A stretch of DNA of 64,000 bases from Nitrososphaerota archaeon (lineage in GTDB: Archaea; Thermoproteota; Nitrososphaeria_A; Caldarchaeales; Caldarchaeaceae), in NCBI GenBank assembly GCA_041641305.1, contig JBEPYN010000001.1, forward strand, positions 224,001 through 288,000, in the 5' to 3' direction. The translations under genes were made by a program, and so were the position numbers. Positions 9,460-18,317 of the stretch are shown here, piece after piece (positions within the stretch are counted from its first letter, which is position 1; the number at the start of each line of letters is the position of its first letter). Under the pieces are notes generated by a model that saw nothing but the letters and a program-made list of their open reading frames with translations, ran no database searches and was not told where the DNA came from.

Positions 9460-10683
9460 TCAGCGGTCCGCCTCAACGGGCCAATAGTTGAGAGACCAGT
9501 ATATCGGCGGGATGTTTGCTATCTCCTCTCCTCTGAGCAGGTATTTTATGGCGGGTATTAGGCGGAATGATGGTGTACTTATTTTTACGCGGTAGGGCTT
9601 GTCCCCGCCCTCGCTCCTGATATAGTACATCATCTCGCCGCGCGCAGCCTCCGTCCTTGCCACGGCTTCGCCCGCGGGAACCCTGATGTTGATGGGATGC
9701 TGCTTAACCTTCACAGGACCATCAGGCATCATCTCGGCCGCTTGTGAGATGATTTTGCAGCTTTCCCTCAATTCCTTGAACCCGACTATTGCCCGGTCGT
9801 AGCAGTCTCCACGCTCCCCGACGGGTACCTCGAACTTCAACTGGTTGTAGGCATCGTATGGGTTGTTGACTCTGTTGTCGAACCTTATCCCAGATGCGCG
9901 GAGAGTTGTCCCAACCACTCCCAGCCTTACAGCATCCTCAGACTTGAGAACACCAACGTTACGGGTCCGTGAGATGAAGAGCTCGTTGTTGAAGAAGAGG
10001 TCCCAGTAGTCGTCAAGCCGCTTGTCGAAGAATTCGCAGACATATGTGATGTATTTGCGTAGCTGCTCGGCGTCGCTGGGCAAGTCCTTCCCCGTCACCA
10101 TCCTATAGTAGCGGTTAAACTCTTTCAACAGAGGTTGCGGGACTTTTGCCGGCATGTCGTTGCGTACACCGCCGGGCTCGAAGTAGCTATGGGTTATGCG
10201 TTGGCCACCTATTAGTGAGGTGAGGTCGACAAGGTATTCTCTGTCGCCGAAACACCAGAGGAACATCGTGGCGTTTCCCAGGAAGACGCCGTATAGTGCG
10301 AACCAGTAGAGGTGGCTGGCTATACGCTGCAGTTCGGCCATAATGACACGTAGATATTTCGCCCTCTCTGGTGGCTCTATTCCCATCAGCTTCTCCACAG
10401 CCAACACATATGGGTACTGTATACCCGCTGAGTCGAGGATGACGGGCCTCTCGAGGTGCGGTATGTTCGTTATCCATGTTTTGTACTCTGCGAGTTTCTC
10501 TTCCCCCCTGTGGACGAAACCCGGGTCCGGCTCCGCCTCGAGGACTGTGTCGCCGAGGACCGTGATGATGAGCCTAAAGTGTCCCGTGCCGGGATGCTGT
10601 GGGCCGTAGCTCATTTTGAGGGCGCCTTCACCGACGTCATAGACCTCGATTTTTCTTATCTCCTTATGCTCTGTTACGGTCAA
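9460..10683 (-). CDS. nuoD: Complex I-like oxidoreductase subunit D
   Basis: GPQHP, HRGEEK, AELQRIASH, GDCYDR, EAARGE, C-terminal EADR; no NiFe CxxC motifs. Confidence 0.92.
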   Translation of the reverse strand: MTVTEHKEIRKIEVYDVGEGALKMSYGPQHPGTGHFRLIITVLGDTVLEAEPDPGFVHRGEEKLAEYKTWITNIPHLERPVILDSAGIQYPYVLAVEKLMGIEPPERAKYLRVIMAELQRIASHLYWFALYGVFLGNATMFLWCFGDREYLVDLTSLIGGQRITHSYFEPGGVRNDMPAKVPQPLLKEFNRYYRMVTGKDLPSDAEQLRKYITYVCEFFDKRLDDYWDLFFNNELFISRTRNVGVLKSEDAVRLGVVGTTLRASGIRFDNRVNNPYDAYNQLKFEVPVGERGDCYDRAIVGFKELRESCKIISQAAEMMPDGPVKVKQHPINIRVPAGEAVARTEAARGEMMYYIRSEGGDKPYRVKISTPSFRLIPAIKYLLRGEEIANIPPIYWSLNYWPVEADR

Positions 10684-10689
10684 TCTTTT

Positions 10690-11178
10690 TCACCTCCCGG
10701 GTGGCTCATAGTCTTTCAGCATAGGTGGGACGTCGCTCCAATACTCTGGAAGAAGAAGCCTTCTCAGGTCGGGGTGTCCCTCGAAGACTACTCCAAACAT
10801 CTCGTAAACCTCTCGCTCATGAAACTCTACACTTGGCCAAACCTCTATTAGGCTCGGCATACGCGGTGATTTTCTATCCAGCTTGGTTGATAGCGCTATG
10901 TCGGCTGTCTCCAGCTCGGGTCTCGTGTATGAGCCGAGATGGTAGATGACCTCTATCTTGTCCTCTTTCTTCAAAAGCCTGCTCAAATCCACACCGGTGA
11001 CCGCCTTAACATGGTCGAGACCATAGTTGTCCCGGAGAAAACGCGCAACAGCGACCACAGACTCGGTCTCCACAACTATTTTCACCAGCTTTCGTGTATC
11101 GACGGCTTTCTCGAGAAGTGCTTTGCCAAACTTGTTCTCAAGCTCCTGCACAACGGTTAACGCTGTTTCAGACATCAC
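10690..11178 (-). CDS. nuoC: Complex I subunit C
   Basis: EREVYEMFGVVFEGHPDLRRLLLPE..PPMLKD. Confidence 0.92.
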   Translation of the reverse strand: MMSETALTVVQELENKFGKALLEKAVDTRKLVKIVVETESVVAVARFLRDNYGLDHVKAVTGVDLSRLLKKEDKIEVIYHLGSYTRPELETADIALSTKLDRKSPRMPSLIEVWPSVEFHEREVYEMFGVVFEGHPDLRRLLLPEYWSDVPPMLKDYEPPGR

Positions 11179-11831
11179 GCAACCCTACCATAAAGGATTT
11201 TCTCCCTAAGCAGCAGAATGGCCTGGAAAAATGTTGAGGGGTTTGGTGGACATCCAGGAACATAGACATCAACCGGGAGTATGTCGTCGACGCCCTGTAT
11301 GACGTTGTAGCTGTCTTTGGCGTATAGCCCGCCGCTTATGGCGCACGCTCCCATAGCCACCACCCACTTCGGCTCAGGCATCTGGTCATAGATTAGACGA
11401 AGCCTCTGAGCCATCTTCGAAGTAACCGTACCCTCAACAACCAATACATCACTCTGGCGAAGGCTTCCCGTGGCGGGGAGCCAGCCAAACCTCTCTGGGT
11501 CATATCTGGGCGAGTGTGTAGCGGCGAACTCGACCGAGCAACATGCTGTGGTAATATGTGCGGGGAAGAGAGAAGCCATCCTGCCCCAGTTAAGCAGATA
11601 CCTTATCAGCCTAAAGTTGCGAAACCTGTAGAGAAAATACTCCACACCCCTCGGGGTCTCAACCCTGTGAACCTTCTCCACACCATAGCGCGCAATTGTC
11701 TCGTCAACCTTCCGATGCGAAACCTCTGTCTCCTCAACCATCGACACTATGTTTCTCGAGTCGGCGAACCTGTAGCCGAAAATCCCTGTTTTTACGTATC
11801 CGGGGAAGAAGGTTCTCGTCTGGGGGAACAT
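11175..11831 (-). CDS. nuoB: Complex I subunit B
   Basis: N2 ligands TACCSVE, GACAISGG, PGCPP. Alternative start ATG 11741. Confidence 0.93.
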   Translation of the reverse strand: MFPQTRTFFPGYVKTGIFGYRFADSRNIVSMVEETEVSHRKVDETIARYGVEKVHRVETPRGVEYFLYRFRNFRLIRYLLNWGRMASLFPAHITTACCSVEFAATHSPRYDPERFGWLPATGSLRQSDVLVVEGTVTSKMAQRLRLIYDQMPEPKWVVAMGACAISGGLYAKDSYNVIQGVDDILPVDVYVPGCPPNPSTFFQAILLLREKILYGRVA

Positions 11832-11871
11832 GTCTTTGAGCAGAGAATTGGCGGCTTATTATTATAGGTTG

Positions 11872-12555
11872 CTAACCATAAAGCGTCCAACGCGGTGAAC
11901 GGTTTCTCAAGGGTAGCGAGATGAGAAGGCCTGTGATGAATCCTCCGACGTGTGCTGTGTATGCGATGGTGCTGAACGGCATGGCTAGCATGAAGAAGGT
12001 CTGGATTAGGATTATGAAGGCGATGACGACGTATGCGGGGGCGATGATTGGTATGAGGTAGAGAAAGGCGGCGAGAGGCCTCCGCGGAAAGAACACGAGA
12101 TAGCTTCCCATGATGCCGAAGATGGCTCCGGAGGCACCTATCGCCGGGACAACGCAGGCAGCTGGAAGAGGCCGCACAAGTGGACTGCATTCAAGAGACA
12201 TGAAAACAGCGTAGTAAAACATGTGAAAAAGCGCGGCCACAACACCGCTCAGAAAATATACGGCGAGAAACTTAGCCGACCCGAGCCGCTCCTCAACATC
12301 TCTTCCGAAAAGAAACAGTGCATACATGTTGAGGAATATGTGGAAAAAGTCGACGTGGATAAACATGTAGCTGATGAGGCTGAAAAGGTTTTGACCATTT
12401 AGGATGAAGATCGGCACAGCACCGAAGCTGAGTAGAAACCTGTTGAGTGCCAGCTGGTTTGCGAAAAACATGTTAATGAAAAGCCAGACCAAGATGTTGG
12501 CAACTATTATGACGTAGACGAGGCGGGGCCCATGGGTGGAGACATCATGATACAT
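11872..12555 (-). CDS. Rhomboid intramembrane serine protease
   Basis: SYMFIH..FFHIFLNM, GASG (Ser), AHVGG (His), about 6 TM. Confidence 0.92.
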   Translation of the reverse strand: MYHDVSTHGPRLVYVIIVANILVWLFINMFFANQLALNRFLLSFGAVPIFILNGQNLFSLISYMFIHVDFFHIFLNMYALFLFGRDVEERLGSAKFLAVYFLSGVVAALFHMFYYAVFMSLECSPLVRPLPAACVVPAIGASGAIFGIMGSYLVFFPRRPLAAFLYLIPIIAPAYVVIAFIILIQTFFMLAMPFSTIAYTAHVGGFITGLLISLPLRNRSPRWTLYG

Positions 12556-12566
12556 CTTGGTTCGCC

Positions 12567-12929
12567 TCAGAGAAGTGGTAAACCGCCCGTGACCTTGTCT
12601 ACTTCCTCCTCGGGAGCCGGTCCTATGCCCAAGGCCGTTGCCGTCCCCGGTGGAAGCTCGGTTAGCCCCGCGTCTTCAACAATTTCCCACGGCAGCCCAC
12701 GGCGGCTGCATTCCGTCGCTAATCGGCGAAGCTCCTCCTCGGAAGAGACGCGGAGAACAACTTTCTTCTGCCCCGTATCAAACCAGTTCTTAACCCATTC
12801 AGGCCTCATTTTACGCGTCCTCTCAAGAGCGAGCACAGCCGCATGCCCTGCCTGAGCAGCTGTCTTACCCACACTCATCCTCAAATCCGAACGAACGACA
12901 ATCACCTGCTTAAATCCATCCATTACCAT
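12567..12929 (-). CDS. pth2: Peptidyl-tRNA hydrolase 2
   Basis: KQVIVVRSDL.MS.GK.AAQAGHA, GQKKVVL, DAGLTE, GIGP. Confidence 0.95.
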   Translation of the reverse strand: MVMDGFKQVIVVRSDLRMSVGKTAAQAGHAAVLALERTRKMRPEWVKNWFDTGQKKVVLRVSSEEELRRLATECSRRGLPWEIVEDAGLTELPPGTATALGIGPAPEEEVDKVTGGLPLL

Positions 12930-12944
12930 GGATGTTTTTAAGCG

Positions 12945-13748
12945 GTGGATAAAAGGATGAACAAGCCAATCATCGCTCTGTTGACAGATTTCGGCGACGT
13001 CGACACATATGTTGCTGAGGTCAAGGCCACCATACTAAAGGAAGCTCCTGACGCGGTGCTTGTAGACATAACGCATCAAGTCCCTCCTCAAAACATATTG
13101 CAGGGTGCCTTCCTCCTCATGCTCGCCGCAAAAACATTCCCCAGCAACACAATATTCGTCGCTGTCATCGACCCCGGCGTCGGAGGCGAAAGAGCAGCTC
13201 TAATCGTAAAAACCATGTCGGGCAAAATCTTCATAGGACCCGACAACGGCCTCCTCTATCCAGCCGCATCACGTGAAAAAATCACACAAGTTATGAGAAT
13301 AAAGTCAGAGCTTATCCCAAACGTTTCACACACCTTTCATGGAAGAGATGTTTTCGCCCATGTCGCGGGCCTCATCGCCGCTGGAAAAGACATAGCCTAT
13401 CTAACTGAGCCGCGTGGTTCAATGGTTGAGCTGCGGATTCCGAAGCCTGTTATGGGAGATGATAGGGTGAATGCGGTTGTTCTTCATGCTGACAGGTTTG
13501 GTAACGTGATAACTTGTGTGGAAGGGGGTTTGCCGAGTGATTGGAGAAAAGCTGAGGTTTATGTCAACGATGAATGGAAGACAGTGGCCATGGTTGGAAG
13601 GTTTTACTCCGAGACAGAGAAGGGAGAACCCATTTTGCTGGTGGGAGGAACAGGCTACTTGGAGCTTTCCGTCAATAGGGGAAATGCCGCAGCCACGTAT
13701 GGCATCAAGCCGGGCGACAAAATATTCCTCGTCAAAAGTCGGGCTTGA
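12945..13748 (+). CDS. SAM hydroxide adenosyltransferase (DUF62, chlorinase/fluorinase family)
   Basis: LLTDFG..D.YV, DPGVG, GPDNG, TFHGRDVF, DRFGN, LELSVNRG. Confidence 0.9.
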   Translation: MDKRMNKPIIALLTDFGDVDTYVAEVKATILKEAPDAVLVDITHQVPPQNILQGAFLLMLAAKTFPSNTIFVAVIDPGVGGERAALIVKTMSGKIFIGPDNGLLYPAASREKITQVMRIKSELIPNVSHTFHGRDVFAHVAGLIAAGKDIAYLTEPRGSMVELRIPKPVMGDDRVNAVVLHADRFGNVITCVEGGLPSDWRKAEVYVNDEWKTVAMVGRFYSETEKGEPILLVGGTGYLELSVNRGNAAATYGIKPGDKIFLVKSRA

Positions 13749-14247
13749 GAATGGTTGCCAATCTCTTCTCCGCCCCTATTTCCTCAAGATATTTTGCAGC
13801 CTCTGGGTGTAGCCTGCTTCTCCAGTCTCCCCTCGATGAGATGAGGCGCCTGATTTCACGGCCCATCATCACCTCCCGGTCAAAGAAGGGCACGGGCTCC
13901 ACTTTGTATCCAGCCTCTTCAAACAACACCTTGACCAGGCCGTTGTTGCTGTAGACCGTTTGGAAGCTGGGGCAGTAGGAGATGACCTGGCTGACCCAGA
14001 GCCTGTGTTCGCCGACATCAGGTATGGGTATTATGTAGACACGGCTTATGTCAACTGTTTGTCTGAGGCTTTTCGTAATTATCTCGATGCGTTCTCCTGT
14101 TGTGAAAGGGTTTTCAGCTGTATGGCTGTATTGGGCGGAGCCGATGCCGATGATGATTTCATCCTCCTTCTTGAGAATGTGTTCAACGGCGCGGAGATGA
14201 CCAAGGTGAAAGGGCTGGAAACGGCCTATGAAGAGACCACGCCTCAT
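13732..14247 (-). CDS. nadM: Nicotinamide-mononucleotide adenylyltransferase
   Basis: GRFQPFHLGH, GIGSAQYSH..NPFT.GER. Confidence 0.93.
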   Translation of the reverse strand: MRRGLFIGRFQPFHLGHLRAVEHILKKEDEIIIGIGSAQYSHTAENPFTTGERIEIITKSLRQTVDISRVYIIPIPDVGEHRLWVSQVISYCPSFQTVYSNNGLVKVLFEEAGYKVEPVPFFDREVMMGREIRRLISSRGDWRSRLHPEAAKYLEEIGAEKRLATILKPDF

Positions 14248-14265
14248 CCAGCATCCATCCTCCCG

Positions 14266-15351
14266 CTATGATTTATTTTTGTTCAGTATCCCCGCTCCAT
14301 GTATGATAATTGTTGCGGGACCTCCGGGCTCACCCTCCGCATAGGCCCTGATTTCGAGAAGGGCTTTGCAGACATCTATGCTGGTTAAAGTATGCATGGT
14401 GAGTGTTGAGACACGGTATGTTGAAACACCTTCGGCCAAAGCCGCGTAGATAACCAACATGTCCCCCAGATGAGTATCGACAGGCGCCCCGCTCCGATAC
14501 TCTTTGAGAAAGCTCTCGGCCGCATCCTGACCAACCTTCTCGGCAGGAACACCCTTCTCACCAAGCTTGTCAACACCCATGCGAACCGTGTCAAACTCTC
14601 CCATAACAAATATTCCAGCACCCGGATCCATTGCGCAGCCCGGCATCGATTCCGTCAACACCTCTTCACGCATCTCTGTCACGGCTATGCCATTGGCCTC
14701 TAGACGCTGTCTACATGACTCGGCCATTCTTTTCGCTACATGCGGGGGAAGTTTAGAGGTGTATGCGTTTATGGAAACTTTTGTGAGATTAGGCCTTTCG
14801 GTCAAGCTGAACGACGGGATCTTCTGCACCGGGACGATGTATCCCTCAACCTCTCCGCCCCCTCTTGGGTAAAACCCGCGTCTCAAAAGCCTCAGCCCAC
14901 AATCGACACCGAGTCTCCGTAGAAAATAGAAGAAGATCTGCTGGAAGTATTCGAAGGTGGGTGCGTTTGGGTTGTTTGTTCCACCACGTATCCGGAACCT
15001 GGTCTTGGTTTTCCCAAAGCAGAGGACGGGGACAAGGGATTGGAGGACGAGTGATGTGCTTCCCGCCGTGCCCGTGTCGAGAAAAAGGTTACTTGTAGCA
15101 TCTCTCCCTGGGGTGAAAAATATCTCCGTCGAGCCGACGAAGGCGTTCCTCACTTCTCCGCCGCAGGCCAGCTGAACAGCCCGCACAGCCGTCAAATGCT
15201 GGTTACGTAGACCGGGGTTGCTTCTCTTTTTCCTGATGTTGTAGATGTGTAGAGGTTTCCCTATCACGGCTGAAATAGCCAAGGCTACTCTGAGAACCTG
15301 ACCACCGCCTTCGCCGACCGAGCCATCGAGCTCAAGAAAACGCTCCATCAC
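14266..15351 (-). CDS. rtcA: RNA 3'-terminal phosphate cyclase
   Basis: DGSVGEGGGQ.LR, R.NPGL..QH, RGFYPRGGG, VDTHLGD. Confidence 0.95.
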   Translation of the reverse strand: MMERFLELDGSVGEGGGQVLRVALAISAVIGKPLHIYNIRKKRSNPGLRNQHLTAVRAVQLACGGEVRNAFVGSTEIFFTPGRDATSNLFLDTGTAGSTSLVLQSLVPVLCFGKTKTRFRIRGGTNNPNAPTFEYFQQIFFYFLRRLGVDCGLRLLRRGFYPRGGGEVEGYIVPVQKIPSFSLTERPNLTKVSINAYTSKLPPHVAKRMAESCRQRLEANGIAVTEMREEVLTESMPGCAMDPGAGIFVMGEFDTVRMGVDKLGEKGVPAEKVGQDAAESFLKEYRSGAPVDTHLGDMLVIYAALAEGVSTYRVSTLTMHTLTSIDVCKALLEIRAYAEGEPGGPATIIIHGAGILNKNKS

Positions 15352-15434
15352 TGCTTTTCTGTCCTTGTCGTGATTTATGGTTGACGTGAACCTATATTAG
15401 TCACTGAAGATGATAATGCCGAAGGGATACTGAC

Positions 15435-16040
15435 ATGGCTGCCCCACTCTACTACCCCGGCGCCACCACTCTCGGAATAAGAGGAAAGGACAGCGTGGTG
15501 ATAGCTGCTGAGAAAAGGTTTGCCTACGGCTACTTCGTGATGTCAAAACAGGCGAGAAAAGTCTTCAAAATCAGCGACAGCGTGGGAGCGGCGTGCGCCG
15601 GCGTCGTCGCCGATATGCAGAACATGATTAGAGAGGTTACAGCTGTGGTCAACCTCTACCGGCTTGAGCAAGGCATCGAGCCCAGTGTAAAGACAGTGGC
15701 TAAGATACTTTCATGGAACCTGTTTGGCAACCGATACTTTCCCTACTTCATGGAGACGATTGTGGGCGGGATTGATTCTCAGGGGCCACATGTTATCGTC
15801 CTCGACCCCCTTGGCTCCATGATCGAGGATGACTATGCGGTGGTTGGGACGGGGGCGGAGGTTGCGGTCGGTGTGATCGAGAATCTTTACAGAAGAGACA
15901 TGACTGCAGACGAGATACGTGACCTCGCAGCCAAAGCAATCAAAGCATCTATAGCAAGGGACGCGGGCAGCGGAAACGGCATAGACCTCCTACTCTACAC
16001 ACCTCGCGGATTGGAAGCCGAGGAAACGATAACCGTTTGA
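15435..16040 (+). CDS. psmB: 20S proteasome beta subunit, with Ala at the Thr1 position (likely non-catalytic)
   Basis: GATTLGI, AAEKR, AGVVAD, GTG, RDAGSGNG. Confidence 0.92.
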   Translation: MAAPLYYPGATTLGIRGKDSVVIAAEKRFAYGYFVMSKQARKVFKISDSVGAACAGVVADMQNMIREVTAVVNLYRLEQGIEPSVKTVAKILSWNLFGNRYFPYFMETIVGGIDSQGPHVIVLDPLGSMIEDDYAVVGTGAEVAVGVIENLYRRDMTADEIRDLAAKAIKASIARDAGSGNGIDLLLYTPRGLEAEETITV

Positions 16041-16120
16041 TTTCTCAGCGTTACGTCATTTCTTCACCCCAATAAAGCAGCTCTTACCTTTAAATCAAGC
16101 TGACCAAAAGATGGTGTGAA

Positions 16121-16846
16121 TTGGCGAACCTATCCCTCCGCGAAAGAGTGTTGATTTACCTCGCAGAGGCGGGCGCCATAACCTCGAGCCTTAAAATCAC
16201 GACACCTATACTTTCCAAACAGTTTTCAACCAGTCAGCAGTCGGCCTCGAGACTGTTGATTCTTTTGGAGAAGGAGGGGTTGATTGAGCGGCGGGTTGTG
16301 GGGCGAACAAGCTACGTTAGGCTCACGCAGAAAGGTGTTGCAAGGCTTCTGGACCTCTACCTTACACTGAAAATGATTTTCGAGAGGCCTGTCAAGGTTG
16401 TTCTCGAGGGCAGAGTTTTCACGGGCTATGGAGAAGGCGTCTACTACATGTCCCTCCCCAACTATGTTAAACAGATGCAGGAGAAGCTCGGCTTCATCCC
16501 ATACCCCGGCACCTTGAACATCACACTTCTCTCCAAAGACTCGATAGAAAACAAAATGCTTCTCCAGAAATACGCTGACATCGAGATACAAGGTTTCAGA
16601 GACGAGAAAAGAACCTACGGCAACGTCAAAGCAGTCAGAGTCACCGTCAACGACACAGAGCAGGCGGTCATGATCTTCCCCGAACGCACACTATACGATA
16701 ACTCCGTTGCAGAACTCATATCCCAACACAGCCTCCGGGAAAAACTGGGCCTAGTCGATGGCTCACTTGTCAAAATCACGGCAACCCTTCAGCCAAAAAT
16801 TTTCTATGAAGATGTGAAAACTTCACACACGTTTTCCAAGTCTTAA
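16121..16846 (+). CDS. ribK: CTP-dependent riboflavin kinase with N-terminal winged HTH (RbkR type)
   Basis: SQQSASR wHTH; G.VFTGYGEG..Y, PYPGTLN, PERT, SLREKL. Confidence 0.9.
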   Translation: MANLSLRERVLIYLAEAGAITSSLKITTPILSKQFSTSQQSASRLLILLEKEGLIERRVVGRTSYVRLTQKGVARLLDLYLTLKMIFERPVKVVLEGRVFTGYGEGVYYMSLPNYVKQMQEKLGFIPYPGTLNITLLSKDSIENKMLLQKYADIEIQGFRDEKRTYGNVKAVRVTVNDTEQAVMIFPERTLYDNSVAELISQHSLREKLGLVDGSLVKITATLQPKIFYEDVKTSHTFSKS

Positions 16847-17272
16847 AACACGTTTCATAACGTCGCTGCTGCTCAAGGGGTTGACTTTGTGCTTCCTAAG
16901 TGTAACAACTTTGACCTTGACGTTTCTTTCTTTGCAGAACCTTAGAAACTGGTCGCGAATTTTCCGCTGATCATATCCAAACGCCACAATATCGGGCTTA
17001 ACTTTTTTCAATATTTTTTCGAATGAGACCGGGTCGTAGCCGACTAACACTTGGTCAACCGGTTTGAGGAATTGGAGCATTCTTTTTCTTTCACGTGCAC
17101 CAAATATCGGTGAACGCCCTTTGTTTCGTCTGACTGTTTTGTCAGAGGCGACGACAACAACTAGTTTCCCACGTGGTCCTGCAAGTTTCTTGGCGTCTCT
17201 TAACATAAGCATGTGCCCGAGATGAAGTATGTCGAAGGCCCCCGTCGTGAGAACAGTTCTACCCTTCACCAA
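16823..17272 (-). CDS. ribL: Archaeal FAD synthetase (cytidylyltransferase family)
   Basis: GAFDILHLGH, PDIVAFGYDQ, SSS; converges on ribK. Confidence 0.82.
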   Translation of the reverse strand: MVKGRTVLTTGAFDILHLGHMLMLRDAKKLAGPRGKLVVVVASDKTVRRNKGRSPIFGARERKRMLQFLKPVDQVLVGYDPVSFEKILKKVKPDIVAFGYDQRKIRDQFLRFCKERNVKVKVVTLRKHKVNPLSSSDVMKRVLRLGKRV

Positions 17273-18273
17273 GTGAACGTCACCTCGCCTCTCAGCCTTA
17301 ACGCATCAAGCAAGCCTTCCGCATAGCCTATCGCCAGAAGAGCATCAGCGATTTTGCCATCCTGGATGAAGCGCTCGGCATCTTCCACATATTTTGACAC
17401 GTATCCGAGATAGTCTATGAGTCCAGGGGTTTGACTCAGCTGTGCAAGGATTTTCTCGCATTTTGTGATGTAGTTCATCACCCTTGTACTCAGCGGGTTT
17501 TCAGCCGTGTTCAAAGGGCCTTTGCAAAAAGTTTGTAGAATTTCTTCTTCTGTGAAGTGTAGTTTTGACGGTATAATTAGTGAGTGAGGTGGTGGAGGGA
17601 AGTTGTGTGACATAAGTTTCTCGGCTGGTGCTACCACGGTTACACAATCCATGAACCCGAGCCTCGCCAAAGCTACCATAAGCGTTTCATGGTTTATGAA
17701 GTGTTTGTTGTGCAGTTTCGCGTATTGTAGGAGCTGTTTGACTGCTTCTGGCACTGTTAGGCCGTGGTCTGATGTGTCGAGGAGAAGTAGGGTGTGGAGG
17801 TTGTTTGAGAGGTTTGTCTCGATTGTTTTGAAGATTTCGTGGAGCATGTCTGTGTCGGTTGTTTTTGGGATGGTGGCTGTTTTGCCGAATTTATAGATGT
17901 GGAGGCCTGTGGAGCTCACCGCGGCCGAGACAGCTGAAACACCGTGCACAATTTTTACAGCGACGTTTTTCCTGTGGGCCAGTGTTCTGATCGCGAGATG
18001 TGTTGTTGCTATGAATGGGTCTCCCGGCGTAAGCAAAGCTATCTCTCTTTCAACTGCTTCGGCAACAAGCTTGTGGACGTTGTCTTCGAGCATTTTCCTA
18101 TCGGCTAGAATAACTTGGACCGCGGCTTCTCTAACCTTGTCGAAGAAGTCATCAGCCCAGAAGCTCGTGTAAGTATCCACGTAAACTTTCTCCGCCCTCT
18201 TTATGGTTTCGAGCGCTTCGAGAGTCAGATGCTCAAACCTGCCCAACCCGCCGCCCACAAAAGTGAGAGTCAT
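17266..18273 (-). CDS. dph5: Diphthine synthase with C-terminal DUF357-like domain
   Basis: DTYTS, GDPFIATTH, GLHIYKFGK, LHTLLLLD; tail Y..DA..F..G..DAL.AIGYAEGLLDA. Confidence 0.9.
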   Translation of the reverse strand: MTLTFVGGGLGRFEHLTLEALETIKRAEKVYVDTYTSFWADDFFDKVREAAVQVILADRKMLEDNVHKLVAEAVEREIALLTPGDPFIATTHLAIRTLAHRKNVAVKIVHGVSAVSAAVSSTGLHIYKFGKTATIPKTTDTDMLHEIFKTIETNLSNNLHTLLLLDTSDHGLTVPEAVKQLLQYAKLHNKHFINHETLMVALARLGFMDCVTVVAPAEKLMSHNFPPPPHSLIIPSKLHFTEEEILQTFCKGPLNTAENPLSTRVMNYITKCEKILAQLSQTPGLIDYLGYVSKYVEDAERFIQDGKIADALLAIGYAEGLLDALRLRGEVTFTW

Positions 18274-18317
18274 TCCTCAGAATTATCTTGATAAGGCGTT
18301 TTTAAATTAATAACTCG

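Noticed and set aside
9460-11831. Group 4 NiFe hydrogenase
   Set aside because: The large subunit lacks both CxxC Ni-binding motifs, and NuoB has the tandem CC of complex I.
15370-15434. Possible second C/D sRNA (CTGA-AG-ATGATAA-13 nt-CTGA) before psmB
   Set aside because: No convincing box C or terminal stem, and it overlaps a divergent promoter region.
16078-16102. CAGCT...AGCTG inverted repeat around the ribK TATA as an RbkR operator
   Set aside because: Only 5 bp, which is expected by chance; I saw no second copy.
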